Source of the DNA: Flectonema sp. DT1601
Taxonomy: Eukaryota
Length of the DNA stretch: 64,000 nucleotides
Assembly (NCBI GenBank): GCA_964019425.1
Contig: OZ025788.1
Location: 1,178,001-1,242,000, forward strand
Reading direction: 5' to 3'
Shown one piece after another: positions 12,669-24,598 of this stretch (its first letter is position 1; each line of letters begins with the position of its first letter). Both the position numbers and the translations under genes were made by a program. The notes under the pieces were generated by a model that saw only the letters and a list, made by a program, of their open reading frames with translations, was not told where the DNA came from and did no database searches.

Positions 12669-13515
12669 ATTATTATTATTATTATTATTATTATTCTTTT
12701 TTTTTTGTGTGGTTTGTGAATATAGTGTGCTCCGAGTAAGGGAAAAAAAAAAAAAAAAAAAAAAAAAAAGAGTTCATTACAATAACTTATGCTTGCATAT
12801 ATTTTTTTTTTCCACCTCGAAGACATGTTTTGCGAGCAATAGAAATGTGGGAGTTATCACCCGTACTTTATAGGCTTGTTTTTCGGTTGCGCACAGACAA
12901 AAAAAAACAAGGTGCGAGAATTATTTTTTGAGGTGGCGATTTCTTTTTTCTGCATTTATCTTTGATTGGGTAGGACAATTCAGTCAAGCAATGAAAGAAA
13001 AAGAAGGAAAAAAAAAAAACTCGGAACGGCAGTTTTTTTTTAATACCCGAGAATAATTTATTTGTTAATCAAAAGCAAGATGGGATTTGCACTTCTTTCG
13101 GAGATGTCAGAGAGCGAGCGACATGCTGTTTTCAGTCAAAATTTTTCGGGGGTAGCAGCGAATGATTGTTTTCGATCCCCACCCTCTCTCTCATTTAACT
13201 ACTTCTACAGGTATCATGAATTCTTACCTGCCTCAATATTTAAAAAAAATTATTGATGAAGTGCTCCTGCGGCACTAGCAAAGAAAAAAAAAAAAAAAAG
13301 GAGGAATTAGTGAGGTTTTCTCTGTCCTGTTTCTTTATTATTTTGTGTGAATGCAACTTGCAAGAAGTTGAATATGGTTATTTTCGTTTTCGTTCTTTTT
13401 TTTTCCCCCTCAAATTCTTCTTGCAATGCTTTCCCCCTTTGTCTCATTCTGCGACTAGCCAGCGATTAGTAAAATAGAAGTAGTTTGTTATCGTGACTAA
13501 ACGAGAAATCGGTTT

Positions 13516-13712
13516 CCCCCCCCCCCCCCGATAAATCTTTTCGTATCGTATCAAAGGTCCCCCCCCCCCCCCCCCCGATAAATCTTTTCGTATCGTATCA
13601 AAGGTCCCCCCCCCCCCCCCCCGATAAATCTTTTCGTATCGTATCAAAGGTCCCCCCCCCCCCCCCCCCCGATAAATCTTTTCGTATCGTATCAAGGTCC
13701 CCCCCCCCCCCC
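13516..13712. repeat. Minisatellite: 4 copies of GATAAATCTTTTCGTATCGTATCAAAGGT separated by long C tracts
   Basis: Directly visible: five C runs of about 14-19 nt, plus a partial fifth unit near 14038-14066. Confidence 0.95.
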
Positions 13713-14037
13713 CTTTACGAACTAGTAACAGCAAAAAATATGTTTTTTTATTTTTTTTTTTTATTTATGAACATGAAACACAAAGTAACTACATTCCAGT
13801 CCTGCAAACTGGAATGACTCAGTCTCAACATTTGACTGACTTACTTCTACACCATACTGATGAGAGAGAATAGAGGTAAGAGGTATATGGATTACTCTCG
13901 AAACCTATAGTTACTTTAATATGCTAAGTTGCGCATCACCCATAGTCACTGTATTTAAAACTAATGTTAAATTATCTTTATGTTTTTATGATACAACACA
14001 GTTGTAATTTTTACAAAATCGAACATACACCCCCCCC
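13713..14037 (+). repeat. Dispersed repeat family A, longest copy (putative retroposon 3' end)
   Basis: 13865-14030 aligns by eye with 20100-20286 and 20828-20924 (GATTACTCTC.AAACCT...AGTCACTGTAT...TGTTAAATTAT...TATGATACAA...TCGAACA). It is flanked by direct repeats TTTTCGTATCGTATCAA(A)GGTC(n). Confidence 0.65.
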
Positions 14038-14581
14038 TTTTCGTATCGTATCAAAGGTCCCCCCCTTCTATTCGTCTTTTTTTTTTAATCGCAATATGTG
14101 TGCCATCACACTGTGCTTTCAGCAACCAGTTTATGCTATCTTCTCGTTGTTGTTTTTCTTTATTTTTTTAAAGTTATTTTGAGCCTTATTATTCCTACAA
14201 AAATAAAAAAAACCTATTTATAGTCGGCATATGTGAACCATTTATGTGCTTTCACACACTAACTGACATAATCATTGGTTTCTTTTTTTTTTTTTTTTTT
14301 TTTTTTTACTTGGATTAAAAAAAAAATAATAATAATAAGGAGGTGATGTTGCTATTTCTAATTTCCCATAAAAAACCCACCCGTCCCATATAAATCATCA
14401 ACGAAGTAGTTTTTTCGGGAGACTGCCGCAGTATTGCGGATCCCTGAAGAGGATACTCTTTGATACCCTTATTTAAAAAAAAAAAAAATCAACTATTTCA
14501 TTGCCTTGCTGAATCTAACTTATTAGTTGTTTCAGAAAAGAGGGGAAAAAAAAAAAAAAAAGTGAATGTTGGAGAAAGAAA

Positions 14582-14625
<44 letters not shown>

Positions 14626-14626
<1 letters not shown>

Positions 14627-14757
14627 AGATTTTTCGCTATTGGGCGCCTGATAATGTCATTTAAATTTTCGCTATTCATCGGAAGTATGTACAATGCAGG
14701 TATTTATTTCTTTCATAAAGGTATTCAAACATTTAATCACTCAATAGCGAAAATCTC
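14626..14757. mobile_element. 132-bp MITE-like element inside a poly-T tract
   Basis: Left end GAGATTTTTCGCTATTG; right end CAATAGCGAAAATCTC (reverse complement GAGATTTTCGCTATTG). An internal copy ATTTTCGCTATT lies near 14665, and both flanks are poly-T. Confidence 0.7.
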
Positions 14758-17700
14758 TTTTTTTTTTTTTTTTTTTTGCATTTAACAAGTATTGTAAGAA
14801 CGAAAAAGAATGTTGGCAGCACACGTAAACCTCCTTTAGCTTTATCAGTTTAAGTCGGTTCACGGTTTCGTACACAAACAAACAAAAAATCACAGTGTTA
14901 TATCATTATTTTCTGTATAGTTGAAGTTAAAGCCAATTCTTTTTTTTTTTTTTTTTTTTTTTTTTGTATTGAGCCGTCAATCTTTTCCCCTCTAATTACA
15001 CTTTATTTTCGCTTTTTGTTGGGACTATCAGTCTATATAACATCCCTAATGTTAAAAAAAAGAGAAGGGAAAAAAAAAAAGAAAAAAAAAAAAGGTTTCC
15101 CAGCGAGTTGGGCATTTGGATTTTTTCCCTTTGCAATACGACCTTATTAACAAGGTTCTGTATATATATTTGCGTCACACTTATTACATATTAATGCGGT
15201 TCAGTAGTTGTATTTTATATTTACGATACTTTTCAGATAGCAATCAATTAAAAAAGCCTTGGTAGCAATTTCAAGTTTCGCAGTAGGCGAAGGTCAAAAA
15301 AAATTAAAAGCAGACTTTGTGCACCCTCGAGAGATTCTCGCGGACCCTCTGTTACTGTGAGTAGTCGCCTCTGGAGAACTTCTATTGTATAGTTGTGTTA
15401 GATTGAGTATTCTACTCACTCTGAGTGTTTTTTTTTTTTTTTTTAAAACATTTTTACTTTTTCTTTTTATTATTCATCCCCTCATAAACATAACTCAGCA
15501 CACTCATAAATTTGTATCCCGCGTTCGCTGATATTCAATAGGAGACTGTGTTAAATGGTAAAAATAATTAACCGTATTGACGTGGTTTCTTTGCTGAGGA
15601 GGGATAGCCCTAACCATTATTTGCTTGATGTTCTTACGATTTGGTTGATTTGATTATTTTCTTTTTTTTGATTAAAATTCTCTTTTAGTACAGCTAAATA
15701 CTAACTAAAAAAGAGTTTTTGCATCATTTCTCTCCAATCCCTTCGGATTTGTTTTTCGTGTCTTGCTATCTTTTTCGTTTTTTTGTTAGTTTTTCCCTAG
15801 CAATCTATTTTTTATTTTTGTTCCATGTGGGTAAACTTGAAAGATTCTTTGTTTCTTCGTGGAACTGCATCACGTAAGATTTTCTAACAGTATATGCTGC
15901 GATCAGCGGCTGTAGTCAGGTTGGCACTCTCTCTTTAGTATACAGCAGCTTCGGAGTTGTAGTCTGCCTTTTTTTTTTTTTCGTTGTCTTTTTTTCTTTG
16001 TCTCCTCCCCGTTCTTTCGGAACAGTTCAGTATTGAGTAATTTTGTTCTTTTTTCATTATTTGGCGTGACAGGCAAATTCGTAAAGAAAAAAAAAAGTAA
16101 AAAAAAAAAAAAAAAACGGGCGCGACACAGAAATCTTCTGAAAATCACCAACATCATACAAAAAATGAAAAAAAAAAAAAAAAAAATCATGCAAAATCAA
16201 CGGAATGGACTTTGCCAAACATCTCGGCAGTTTTCCCTCTAGATGTACATCTGGAGGGAATCATTCCTGGTGCGATTTCTTTATTTTTTTCTTTTTTGTC
16301 TGGAGGAGACGGCGTTCTCCCTCAGAAAAAAAACAAAAAATCTATTTATTTTTGCACTGGAAAGCTGTTTTTTTGTTGCAGAAGTCTACCTGTTGGGGAA
16401 GCTAACTTTCACAACAGTAGAATCCAACAATTCACTTTTTTTTCCCCCTATTTTTTTATTCTGCTATGTAAAACTATTCTTTTTGTTCTTAAATGGTTAT
16501 CTTTTTTTTTTATTAAATTTTTTTTTTTATTCTTTTTTTTTTTTACGTTATTAAATAAGGTTCAGGGTGGAATAACCATTGCAACGTAGATGAAGTAGAC
16601 CATTTTTTTGGGTCGGTTGACCGGACTGGAACTGCGTTGCATTCTGTTCTTCTCGCACGCATTGACCTTGGGGAAGAATAAGTTTTTTTTCTTTCTCTTT
16701 TTTTTATTTTTTAAATTGATTGTTGATGTTGATTGTTGTTATTATTGTATCAATCTAAATACGATTTCGAAACGCTCACAGACAGTCAAGTTCCCATCAC
16801 AATAAAAAAAAAAAAACTTAACGCAGCAGTTATTTTTTTTACTTGCCACTTCCCAATGTTTTTTTTCTCCCCATCATCTTAAAAGCATGTAAAAAACCTT
16901 TATATAGGCTTGTTTTTCGGTTGCTTTTACTGCAAAGGAGGAATTTCTTTTTTTTGTATACCAATATTTGGGTTTTTATTATTTATCACAAAAAAAAAAA
17001 AAAAAAAAAAAAAAACCCTTCATTTCAAATGCAACACAATTATCAGATTGTTATTTAATAAGCGTTCTTGCATATGAAAAAAAAAAAAAGTTCCTCGGAA
17101 ACTTTCAACGAGACGAATGCTGTGTGTTTTTTATTGACATGTTCATATTGCAACACGTGGTTCTCCCACCAGATCCACCGCATGCTTGTTTCGTGCATGC
17201 GGTGGATTTGGGTAGCCACTTTCTTCTGCTTAACGTACGTCTCTTCTCGCCTGTGAGAGTCTCACGGTTGTGTACCGAATTACTGGTACCCCGTGGTTAC
17301 TCCACAAAATGCGGCTCTTAGGGAAAAAAAAAAAAAAAAAAAAAAACACACATGCGGTTTTTCTTTTCCCCTTCCTCCTCCTCCTCACGGTTCTACTAGT
17401 TGTAAGGTTACATATTTTAACTTAGAAAAATAGTAGAGCAATGAAAGAATTAAACAAACCAATACCAATTATCGATCAATCTTTTTATTTTTCTTTTGCA
17501 CCGATGAAATCGGAGGGAGAAAAAACTATTTAGATTGAAAGCCGTTTATTTATCATGCCATGTAATCTTATTTCTCTGAGCCGCCGGTAATGCTGTCTGC
17601 GACAAAATCAACAAAATATATAGGCTTTATCTGAATAGTTTTTTATATTTGTTCTAACATGACATCAATCTGAAGTAACTACTAATTCTCTGATACAGGA

Positions 17701-17825
17701 TGGAGTAGGGTAAATTGGATTTACAGAACTGCTGTTTTGTTTTTTTGTTTTTCGTAAGCTATTATTATATTCTCAGTCCCCCTACCCCCATCCAATTAAT
17801 GGAAGAAGTAGAGTAGCAAGAAGGG

Positions 17826-19637
17826 ATGTCATTTCCACTTGTTGAATCGGAGTACGAGTTACTCGCCGAGGTCGGTAAGGGAGCAACGGCCACAGTTTAC
17901 AGAGGGAAGTGTGTTTCACTGGATCAGGAAGTCGCAATAAAAATAATCGACCTCGATAAGACAGAAATGGGAGTCGATCAATTTCACAGAGAAGTTGTAA
18001 TAATGTCAAAAAGTAGCCATCCAAACGTATTAAAGTTACACGCTTCTTTCGTTAGTGGTAGGACACTATGGTTAGTACTTGTTTATTACCCATTTGGAAG
18101 TATAGCTGACGTAAGTAAAAGAGCACCTAAAATGGGTTCATATGAGCCGTTCCTCACTGCGATATTGTATCAAACTTTGGAGGCTTTGGAGTACTTTCAT
18201 GAAAATGGTCAAATGCACAGAGACGTCAAGGCAGCTAATCTACTTGTCGACGAGTCAGGACATGTTGCAATGGCTGATTTTGGTGTTTCTGCTGAAGCTC
18301 CTCCCTGTCGTGGATCAGTTGCTCGTAAGACCTTGTGTGGAACGCCTTGTTGGATGGCACCTGAAGTGCTCACCCTTCGGGGATATAGAAAATCAGCTGA
18401 CATATGGTCGTTGGGTATAACTGCTTTAGAAATTGCTTTTGGAGCACCTCCCTTCGCTCACTACCCTCCGATGAAGGCAATGGCGCTTACCCTTCGAGGT
18501 AATCCCCCGACTGCTGATACACTGGGGCCGAATAAACTCAGTCCTGCTTATAAAAATATCGTACGGAGATGTCTACAAAAAGATCCAGCTAACCGACCGA
18601 CTGCAACACAACTAAAACAAGACCCTCTCTTTGATGGATGGACGTTTAGTAAAGCAGTCTCAATGACTGCACATCATCTTACAAAACTTGGTGTTGAGAA
18701 GTTACAAGAGAAATCTGCGACAAGACATGAAGTGTCAAATGACGACAGTCCCACTGATATAACGTGGTCATTCCCAACTATGACTGAAGAAGAGACGGAT
18801 TTAACTGACTGGAGGGTTGCTTGTGCTCAGGCACATGAAATATGTTCAAAAGGATATAAAAAAGGAAAAGTTATAGAATCTCATGGTCGACTCACTGTAA
18901 CAGAAGCCTGCGTTGAACGGACGGGTTTCACGGTTGAGATTCACGAAATTGAACTTGATCAGAGTATGTATGACCAACCATTATTTACGGCTGAGATAAT
19001 TGAAACGATACTTGCCATCTCAGACGACTCTATCTTAACTGGAATGGAAATTTGGGAAAACGGAATAGATGCAGTGTATTGGGTCACAGAAGCAAAGGGA
19101 ATAACTCTTTCCACTCAGCTACAATCAGCTTCTCTATCTCCTCCAGCATGTGCTGAGATTGTTAGGATAATTGTGTCTGGGCTATCTCACCTGCATCGAT
19201 TAGGCATTATGCACCGACGTGTTATGCCACAAAATGTTTTTTTTACAGCTTCTGGTACGAAATTAGGTGCTGTAGCTTCTTCAATATTTCCCAGCAATGG
19301 AAAATTCCCTTTAAAAAATATCGATCCTCCGGGGGGAGTGGAATCCTATCTCGCTCCGGAACAGTTTGACGAAGAGTTTACAGAGATGGTCGATGTCTAT
19401 GCCTTGGGTATGCTAATTATAGAAATGTTAACTGGAAAACCTCCATATTCAGAAGCAAAGAATCCAATGAAATTGGTACAACTAAAGCTTAAGGGAACTC
19501 CTCCTCAGGCTCTCTCTCTGATTAAGGAGGATGATCCATTTCGAGATCTTGTTAATAGATGTATTGCTGTAGATCCAAATGATAGAATCTCACTAGAACA
19601 TGTCGCGATACATCCAGCTATTGTTAATACAGCTTGA
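17826..19637 (+). CDS. Dual-domain kinase: STE20 (SPAK/OSR1-like) catalytic domain plus a C-terminal WNK-like pseudokinase
   Basis: Domain 1: GKGATATV, VAIK, HRDVKAANLL, DFGVS, GTPCWMAPE. Domain 2: HRRVMPQN with no catalytic Asp and no DFG, but YLAPEQFDEEFTEMVDVYALGMLIIEMLTGKPPYSE. Confidence 0.88.
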   Translation: MSFPLVESEYELLAEVGKGATATVYRGKCVSLDQEVAIKIIDLDKTEMGVDQFHREVVIMSKSSHPNVLKLHASFVSGRTLWLVLVYYPFGSIADVSKRAPKMGSYEPFLTAILYQTLEALEYFHENGQMHRDVKAANLLVDESGHVAMADFGVSAEAPPCRGSVARKTLCGTPCWMAPEVLTLRGYRKSADIWSLGITALEIAFGAPPFAHYPPMKAMALTLRGNPPTADTLGPNKLSPAYKNIVRRCLQKDPANRPTATQLKQDPLFDGWTFSKAVSMTAHHLTKLGVEKLQEKSATRHEVSNDDSPTDITWSFPTMTEEETDLTDWRVACAQAHEICSKGYKKGKVIESHGRLTVTEACVERTGFTVEIHEIELDQSMYDQPLFTAEIIETILAISDDSILTGMEIWENGIDAVYWVTEAKGITLSTQLQSASLSPPACAEIVRIIVSGLSHLHRLGIMHRRVMPQNVFFTASGTKLGAVASSIFPSNGKFPLKNIDPPGGVESYLAPEQFDEEFTEMVDVYALGMLIIEMLTGKPPYSEAKNPMKLVQLKLKGTPPQALSLIKEDDPFRDLVNRCIAVDPNDRISLEHVAIHPAIVNTA

Positions 19638-20099
19638 GAGGCATACTGATTCACTTCTGGATAATTAAGTTACTGTAAAGTACTTGGTACTGACTTGATT
19701 TCAAAACGCTACACTTGACAAAACGGATAGATGTTGTGTGCATTACGTTATCTTGTCGTAATGAAATAAAAAAAGGTTAAGGAAGAAGAATGGGTAAAAA
19801 ATTTTAGTAGCGGGTTCCTGTTAGGATTTGAAGATCATCCGGACATCCATTTGTTGTTATCCTTTCCCTCTTCACAACACAAGGCGAGAACATATTTTGT
19901 TCGGGAAATAATTACAACGAAGTATGCCTACTAAAAAGAAATAGTAATACACGAACCTTTTCCAGCAATGCAGAACAACTGTGATGGGTTAACGTGCATA
20001 CTGGTTTTTAATGATGGGAGGTTAACTTTCCACTTATATTTTTCTTTTTCTTTTTTTCTTGTTTTGAATTTCCCCCCCCCTTCATTATTTCACTCCCTA

Positions 20100-20286
20100 T
20101 TAGAGAATAGAGATCCGTGAATAATGATTACTCTCAAAACCTGAATTGTTACTTTGAAAAGGCTACGTTGAGCATCACTATAGTTCACTGTTATCCTTAA
20201 CAGATTGTTAAATTATTGTTTTTTTTATGTTAATATGGTACAATTCACATTTTGTATTGTATAAAATGAAAACATTCAATGCCTCC
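20100..20286 (+). repeat. Dispersed repeat family A, diverged copy
   Basis: AGAGAATAGAG...GATTACTCTCAAAACCT...GCATCACTATAG.TCACTG...TGTTAAATTAT is colinear with 13865-14030. Confidence 0.7.
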
Positions 20287-20471
20287 AATACAATAATAGT
20301 ATCTCATTCTAGTGTAGTTGCAATGATTTTATTGTAACTTGTGTTTCTAGTCTTAGCTAGATTGCCGAGACTAGGTAACGAGGGTACGAAGTCCGCCAAT
20401 CTTGTCGCTGACAGTTTTTTTTGGGCCAGTTTTCTTTTTTTAGTTTTGCTTTCAGTGTGTGTAGGACCTCA

Positions 20472-20507
<36 letters not shown>

Positions 20508-20821
20508 CGTTTGCTGTATCTTGCTGTATGGTTTCTTTTTTTACATGTTGTGATTGGTGTTTTTCTACATTTTAATTTGTTTACATATGTAATATGCTTT
20601 TCCTTGTGTGGGAGCCCAGTAAGTTTTTTTTTTATTATTTATTTTGGATCGTTTTTTTTCTCAACTAAAAGGTAAAGTGTTTTGGTAAATTGTGGTGACG
20701 GTTTTTCGAACCCTTGTCGTCCCCCTTTCCCCGTTTTTTTATAATTATAAATATATCTGTTTGTAGAGCACCAGCTTTTTTCCTTACACAATTATTCTTT
20801 AACCGTATGGCCTCCCCCTGT

Positions 20822-20924
20822 TACCTTTAGTCACTGTATCTCAGAACTAATGTTAAATTATCGTTATGTTGTTTATGATACAATACATTTGTATTTTACG
20901 TACAAACTCGAACAGTTAATCCCC
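20822..20924 (+). repeat. Dispersed repeat family A, 5'-truncated copy
   Basis: Aligns to 13943-14030; its last 58 bp (20867..20924) are identical to 46082..46139. Confidence 0.85.
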
Positions 20925-22881
20925 ATGTGAGTTTTCCCCTTTGTTGATAATGCGCATAACAGGTATTTTCAACTACCATGCATTTTTTACCAGCTCACCT
21001 TTAAATGTGCTAGGAAGGGTGACTATATATAAGAGCACGTGTTTTGTTCTTATTGTTTCTCCTTTTGGGATGTGTTTTTTAAAAAAAAAAAAATGAAAAT
21101 AAAAAAAAAATCAACGCAGTAATAATTGGCATTGCATTCAATGGGCTGGCTGTATTCATGATGCCTGGGTATGGTTGAGATTTTTCTCATTTTGTTTTTC
21201 CCTAAACCTTGCTACATGTTCTTGCCAAACTACGTTTGTTTTCAATTTTTTGTATTCTTCTGTTTTTATTTGCACACGGGTTTTGATCCTGCGTTGGTGG
21301 TCGGAGGTTCTTCCTTTTTTTTTCCTATTTTAATTATTACATTAATTTCGTCAGTCGTTATACTTTTTGTTGTTGTTCTTGTATTCCAAATGGCACGCTG
21401 ATCGTCTCCTCCTCTTGTCTCCATTGTGTATGAAGAAGAATCCTAAACTGAATTCATTCATTTATTCATTTGGGGCTGCTTCTTCACCTATTCTGTACCC
21501 ACTTTCCCTTGACTAAAAAAATAATGAGGAGAAAATAAATAATCGAATTAATTCAATGACCAAGTGTATTGTGGTATCTTTTTTTTATCAAAAAAAAAAA
21601 AAAAAAAAAGAAAGAAAGAAAGAAAATCGTAGGTAACAATAATGTTGAATGCGAGATTCTATTTTTTTTTTTTTTTTTTTTTTTGCTGCAAGCCAAGGGA
21701 GGAATGGAAAAAAAAAAAAAAAAAAAAGAAAAAAAAAGAATTTCCCCTTGTCATTTTTTCTGATTCCTCATCCGTTATCAACCGTTTTTAGTTAACTTGA
21801 AACTACGTATTCCACAGTGTTGCGTGAAGTAGAACAATATACATTTCTTATAAGAACTTCTCTTTTTTTATCTCTCGATTTCGTGCTTTTACCCTTCACT
21901 ACGATTCGTTAAAAGGTGTTGTGTGTTGAATTATAATAATGGAATGGGACCCTGCAATTACTACGCAAGTTCTTTTTTTTTTTTTTTTTTTTTTTTGCAA
22001 TCCAGGCGTCACTTGTTGAAAATAATAGCATTCAAAAAAAAAAAAAAAAAAAGGGGGGGGAGGTGATCTTAGCAACATCAGTAAGGGGTGCATTGTTCTT
22101 TTTTTGTATGAAGGAAATAAAATGATCTGACCCTCGAAAGAAAGTCTCCAGAGGGAGTGAGCTCAACCCAATTAAAAACAAAAACATCAATAACGGGTTG
22201 TCAGAGTCAGGGAGTTATTCTTTCCTTGGCAGTTATTTTTGCGGAAAAAAAAAAAAAAAAAAAAAAAAAAGGAAGAGGAATCTTCAATGTTGTATTATAT
22301 TTAGAAATACCTGTGCACGTGTAAAATGAGTAATCTCATAAATCGATAGCTCGTTTGTTTTAGCGTCACTGCTTGTAAAAAAAAAAAAAAAAAATTGGGA
22401 CTCCTCGCATCCTTATTTATTTTTTTTTAATTTCTTTTTATTGCTAGTAGCTTTTATATTTGTGTAGAAAGAAAAATAAAAAAAAACAAATAACAACAAC
22501 AAAAAAAAAAAAAATTATATACCTTACGAAAGCCAAAATTTAGCCTTTTTTTTTCATGCGTTCCTGTTCATTTTCGTCCCCTGTAGGATTTTTTTTTTTC
22601 ACATCCGTTTTTGTCTTTAAAAAAAACCTCAAAAAAAAAAAAAAAAAAAAAAAAAACCATTCATTGGAAAAAAAATATGACAAAAAATAAGATAAAAAAG
22701 AGACAAACTTAAAAACCAATTTTCAGCACCCCATCCTGCAGGATAAGCACACCACATAGTATCACCTTTGTGATCAGCTGCTGGGTTCAAAATAATGCCG
22801 AATTGATTCTTGTTTTAATTTTTATCATTCCTTGTTAGCATCGTATCTATTGACTTACTCTCAGGGTAGTTAACGTGAAAA

Positions 22882-23619
22882 ATGAGTTCAAGTGTATCAC
22901 CGGGAACAAGAGCGAAATCCAAAGGAGGAAGCGCGGAATCACAGAGAGAAAGAGAGGAATCAAAAAGAGCAAGAGACCAACCAGGAGAGGAAACGACATC
23001 AAAGTCGATCTGGCCATTTTTTTTTGCTTTTGTTGGAATTGTAACGTCATCAGTTGTTGGGTGGATTCTGTCTGTTGGAATTCCGGGAGCCAAAATTTGC
23101 TCACCATCATTTATGCGAGCCAACTTCAGCAAAGTAGGGAAACACCCAATATTCTCCAAGAATAAGAAACTCGCAAGGGCTTTACCGATGCATCACGAAA
23201 AAACAACAACGCGAATCTATCATTTTGTAGGAAGGAGTTCAGAGAGCATGAGAGAACTTGCACACCTCTATGCCGAGGCAGCTGATACTGAACTAGTTGG
23301 ACTTCCTGCAACTAATCAAATGGAATACTACAGAGAACAACTCTCGAACTGTTCTTGTCCTGTTTTTTATTATGAAGTTCCTTCTGGATCATCATTAGAT
23401 TTCTCTTTTGCACATCACCTAAAATATATGTATGAAACACCTGATAGTGTTAACAGGTGCTTGAGATTTATATTCGCAAGCAAGGTGAATCCTGATGGAC
23501 AACTTTTTGAAACAGATTCAGATGAAGACGTACTGGACATTGTTGATATCGCTTCTAAGACATCAGCATTCAATCAAGATAGAGTTCATAGAATTTCAAT
23601 ACCTCTTGCGATTCCTTAA
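22882..23619 (+). CDS. Single-pass membrane protein of unknown function (weak torsin/LAP1-like resemblance)
   Basis: 245-aa ORF with a charged N-terminus, a TM segment WPFFFAFVGIVTSSVVGWILSVGI and an alpha/beta C-terminal domain. Confidence 0.7.
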   Translation: MSSSVSPGTRAKSKGGSAESQREREESKRARDQPGEETTSKSIWPFFFAFVGIVTSSVVGWILSVGIPGAKICSPSFMRANFSKVGKHPIFSKNKKLARALPMHHEKTTTRIYHFVGRSSESMRELAHLYAEAADTELVGLPATNQMEYYREQLSNCSCPVFYYEVPSGSSLDFSFAHHLKYMYETPDSVNRCLRFIFASKVNPDGQLFETDSDEDVLDIVDIASKTSAFNQDRVHRISIPLAIP

Positions 23620-23953
23620 AGTTGTGTTATCACTGACAGCAATCGGAGTGCTAAGTTATGTTCCCTGGGGTACAGTTATTTAGTCGGGGGGGAGCGAAAG
23701 TTTTTCTGTATGGTATTTTATATTTTAATCTTGGGCACTTTTTCTTTCGACATTGCCGACTATCCAGCCGTATGACTTTTCACAGTTACCTTGAGGGTGT
23801 TAACCAAATTGGTTCCCTTCAGACGAGGAATCTTTTCTTTTATATGTCGTGCGAGTATCTCTCGAACCACGAAATTCAGTTGGAAGTTAAGAGTGTTGAG
23901 CGTTAGACTTTGGGATGATGTGATATTATTTTTCTCATTCAGATCCTCAAATA

Positions 23954-24598
23954 ATGAATAGAAACGCACCATCACTGGGTGTGAGCCACGATGCTTTAGG
24001 TGGTTTGTTTACTGTATCTCAAGGAAAAGAGGAGATTGAGGATGACCAAGATGCGACAGCTCGCTGGGTGTGGGACGCTGCGGTTCCATTTGCGGAATGG
24101 CTTTGTGATAATCAAGATGTTATTAAAAATAAGAAAATCATCGAATTGGGTTCGGGTACGGGTCTCGTTGGACTCGCAGCTGGTAAGCTAGGCGGTATTG
24201 TAACTCTGACTGACCTCCCAACAGAACTTCCTTTACTAAGGGAGAATGCTGCTCTTCATCCAGACATTCCAATTGAGGTTTCACCTTGTTCATGGGGTGA
24301 TGTAAATCATATTTCAAAACTAGGAACGTTTGATATCATTCTTGTTAGTGATTGTCTTTATGGAAGAGATACCGACACTGTTTCTCTTCTTCTTCTCAAA
24401 ACAATGCAACTCCTCTCAACTTCTTCTACTAAAATCCTATTCGCCTACTGCTACAGAGAGAATCTTCTTTGCGACTTATCATTCTTTGAGCAGGCAGCAG
24501 ATATATTCGATGCAGAGTCACACAAGCTCCCTCCTAGTCAAATTCAAGGAGGAGAAGAGTGTGAAATATGGATGCTGGAATACACCTTAAAGAAATAG
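23954..24598 (+). CDS. METTL21-like protein-lysine methyltransferase (family 16)
   Basis: WVWDAA, IIELGSGTGLVGL (SAM motif I), LTDLP, CSWG, FDIILVSDCLY. Confidence 0.92.
   Translation: MNRNAPSLGVSHDALGGLFTVSQGKEEIEDDQDATARWVWDAAVPFAEWLCDNQDVIKNKKIIELGSGTGLVGLAAGKLGGIVTLTDLPTELPLLRENAALHPDIPIEVSPCSWGDVNHISKLGTFDIILVSDCLYGRDTDTVSLLLLKTMQLLSTSSTKILFAYCYRENLLCDLSFFEQAADIFDAESHKLPPSQIQGGEECEIWMLEYTLKK

Noticed and set aside
1300..22800. Many short poly-Lys/poly-Phe ORFs in intergenic DNA (for example 7207..7713, 15903..17321, 20341..21763)
   Set aside because: They are translations of A/T homopolymer tracts, with no domain signal.
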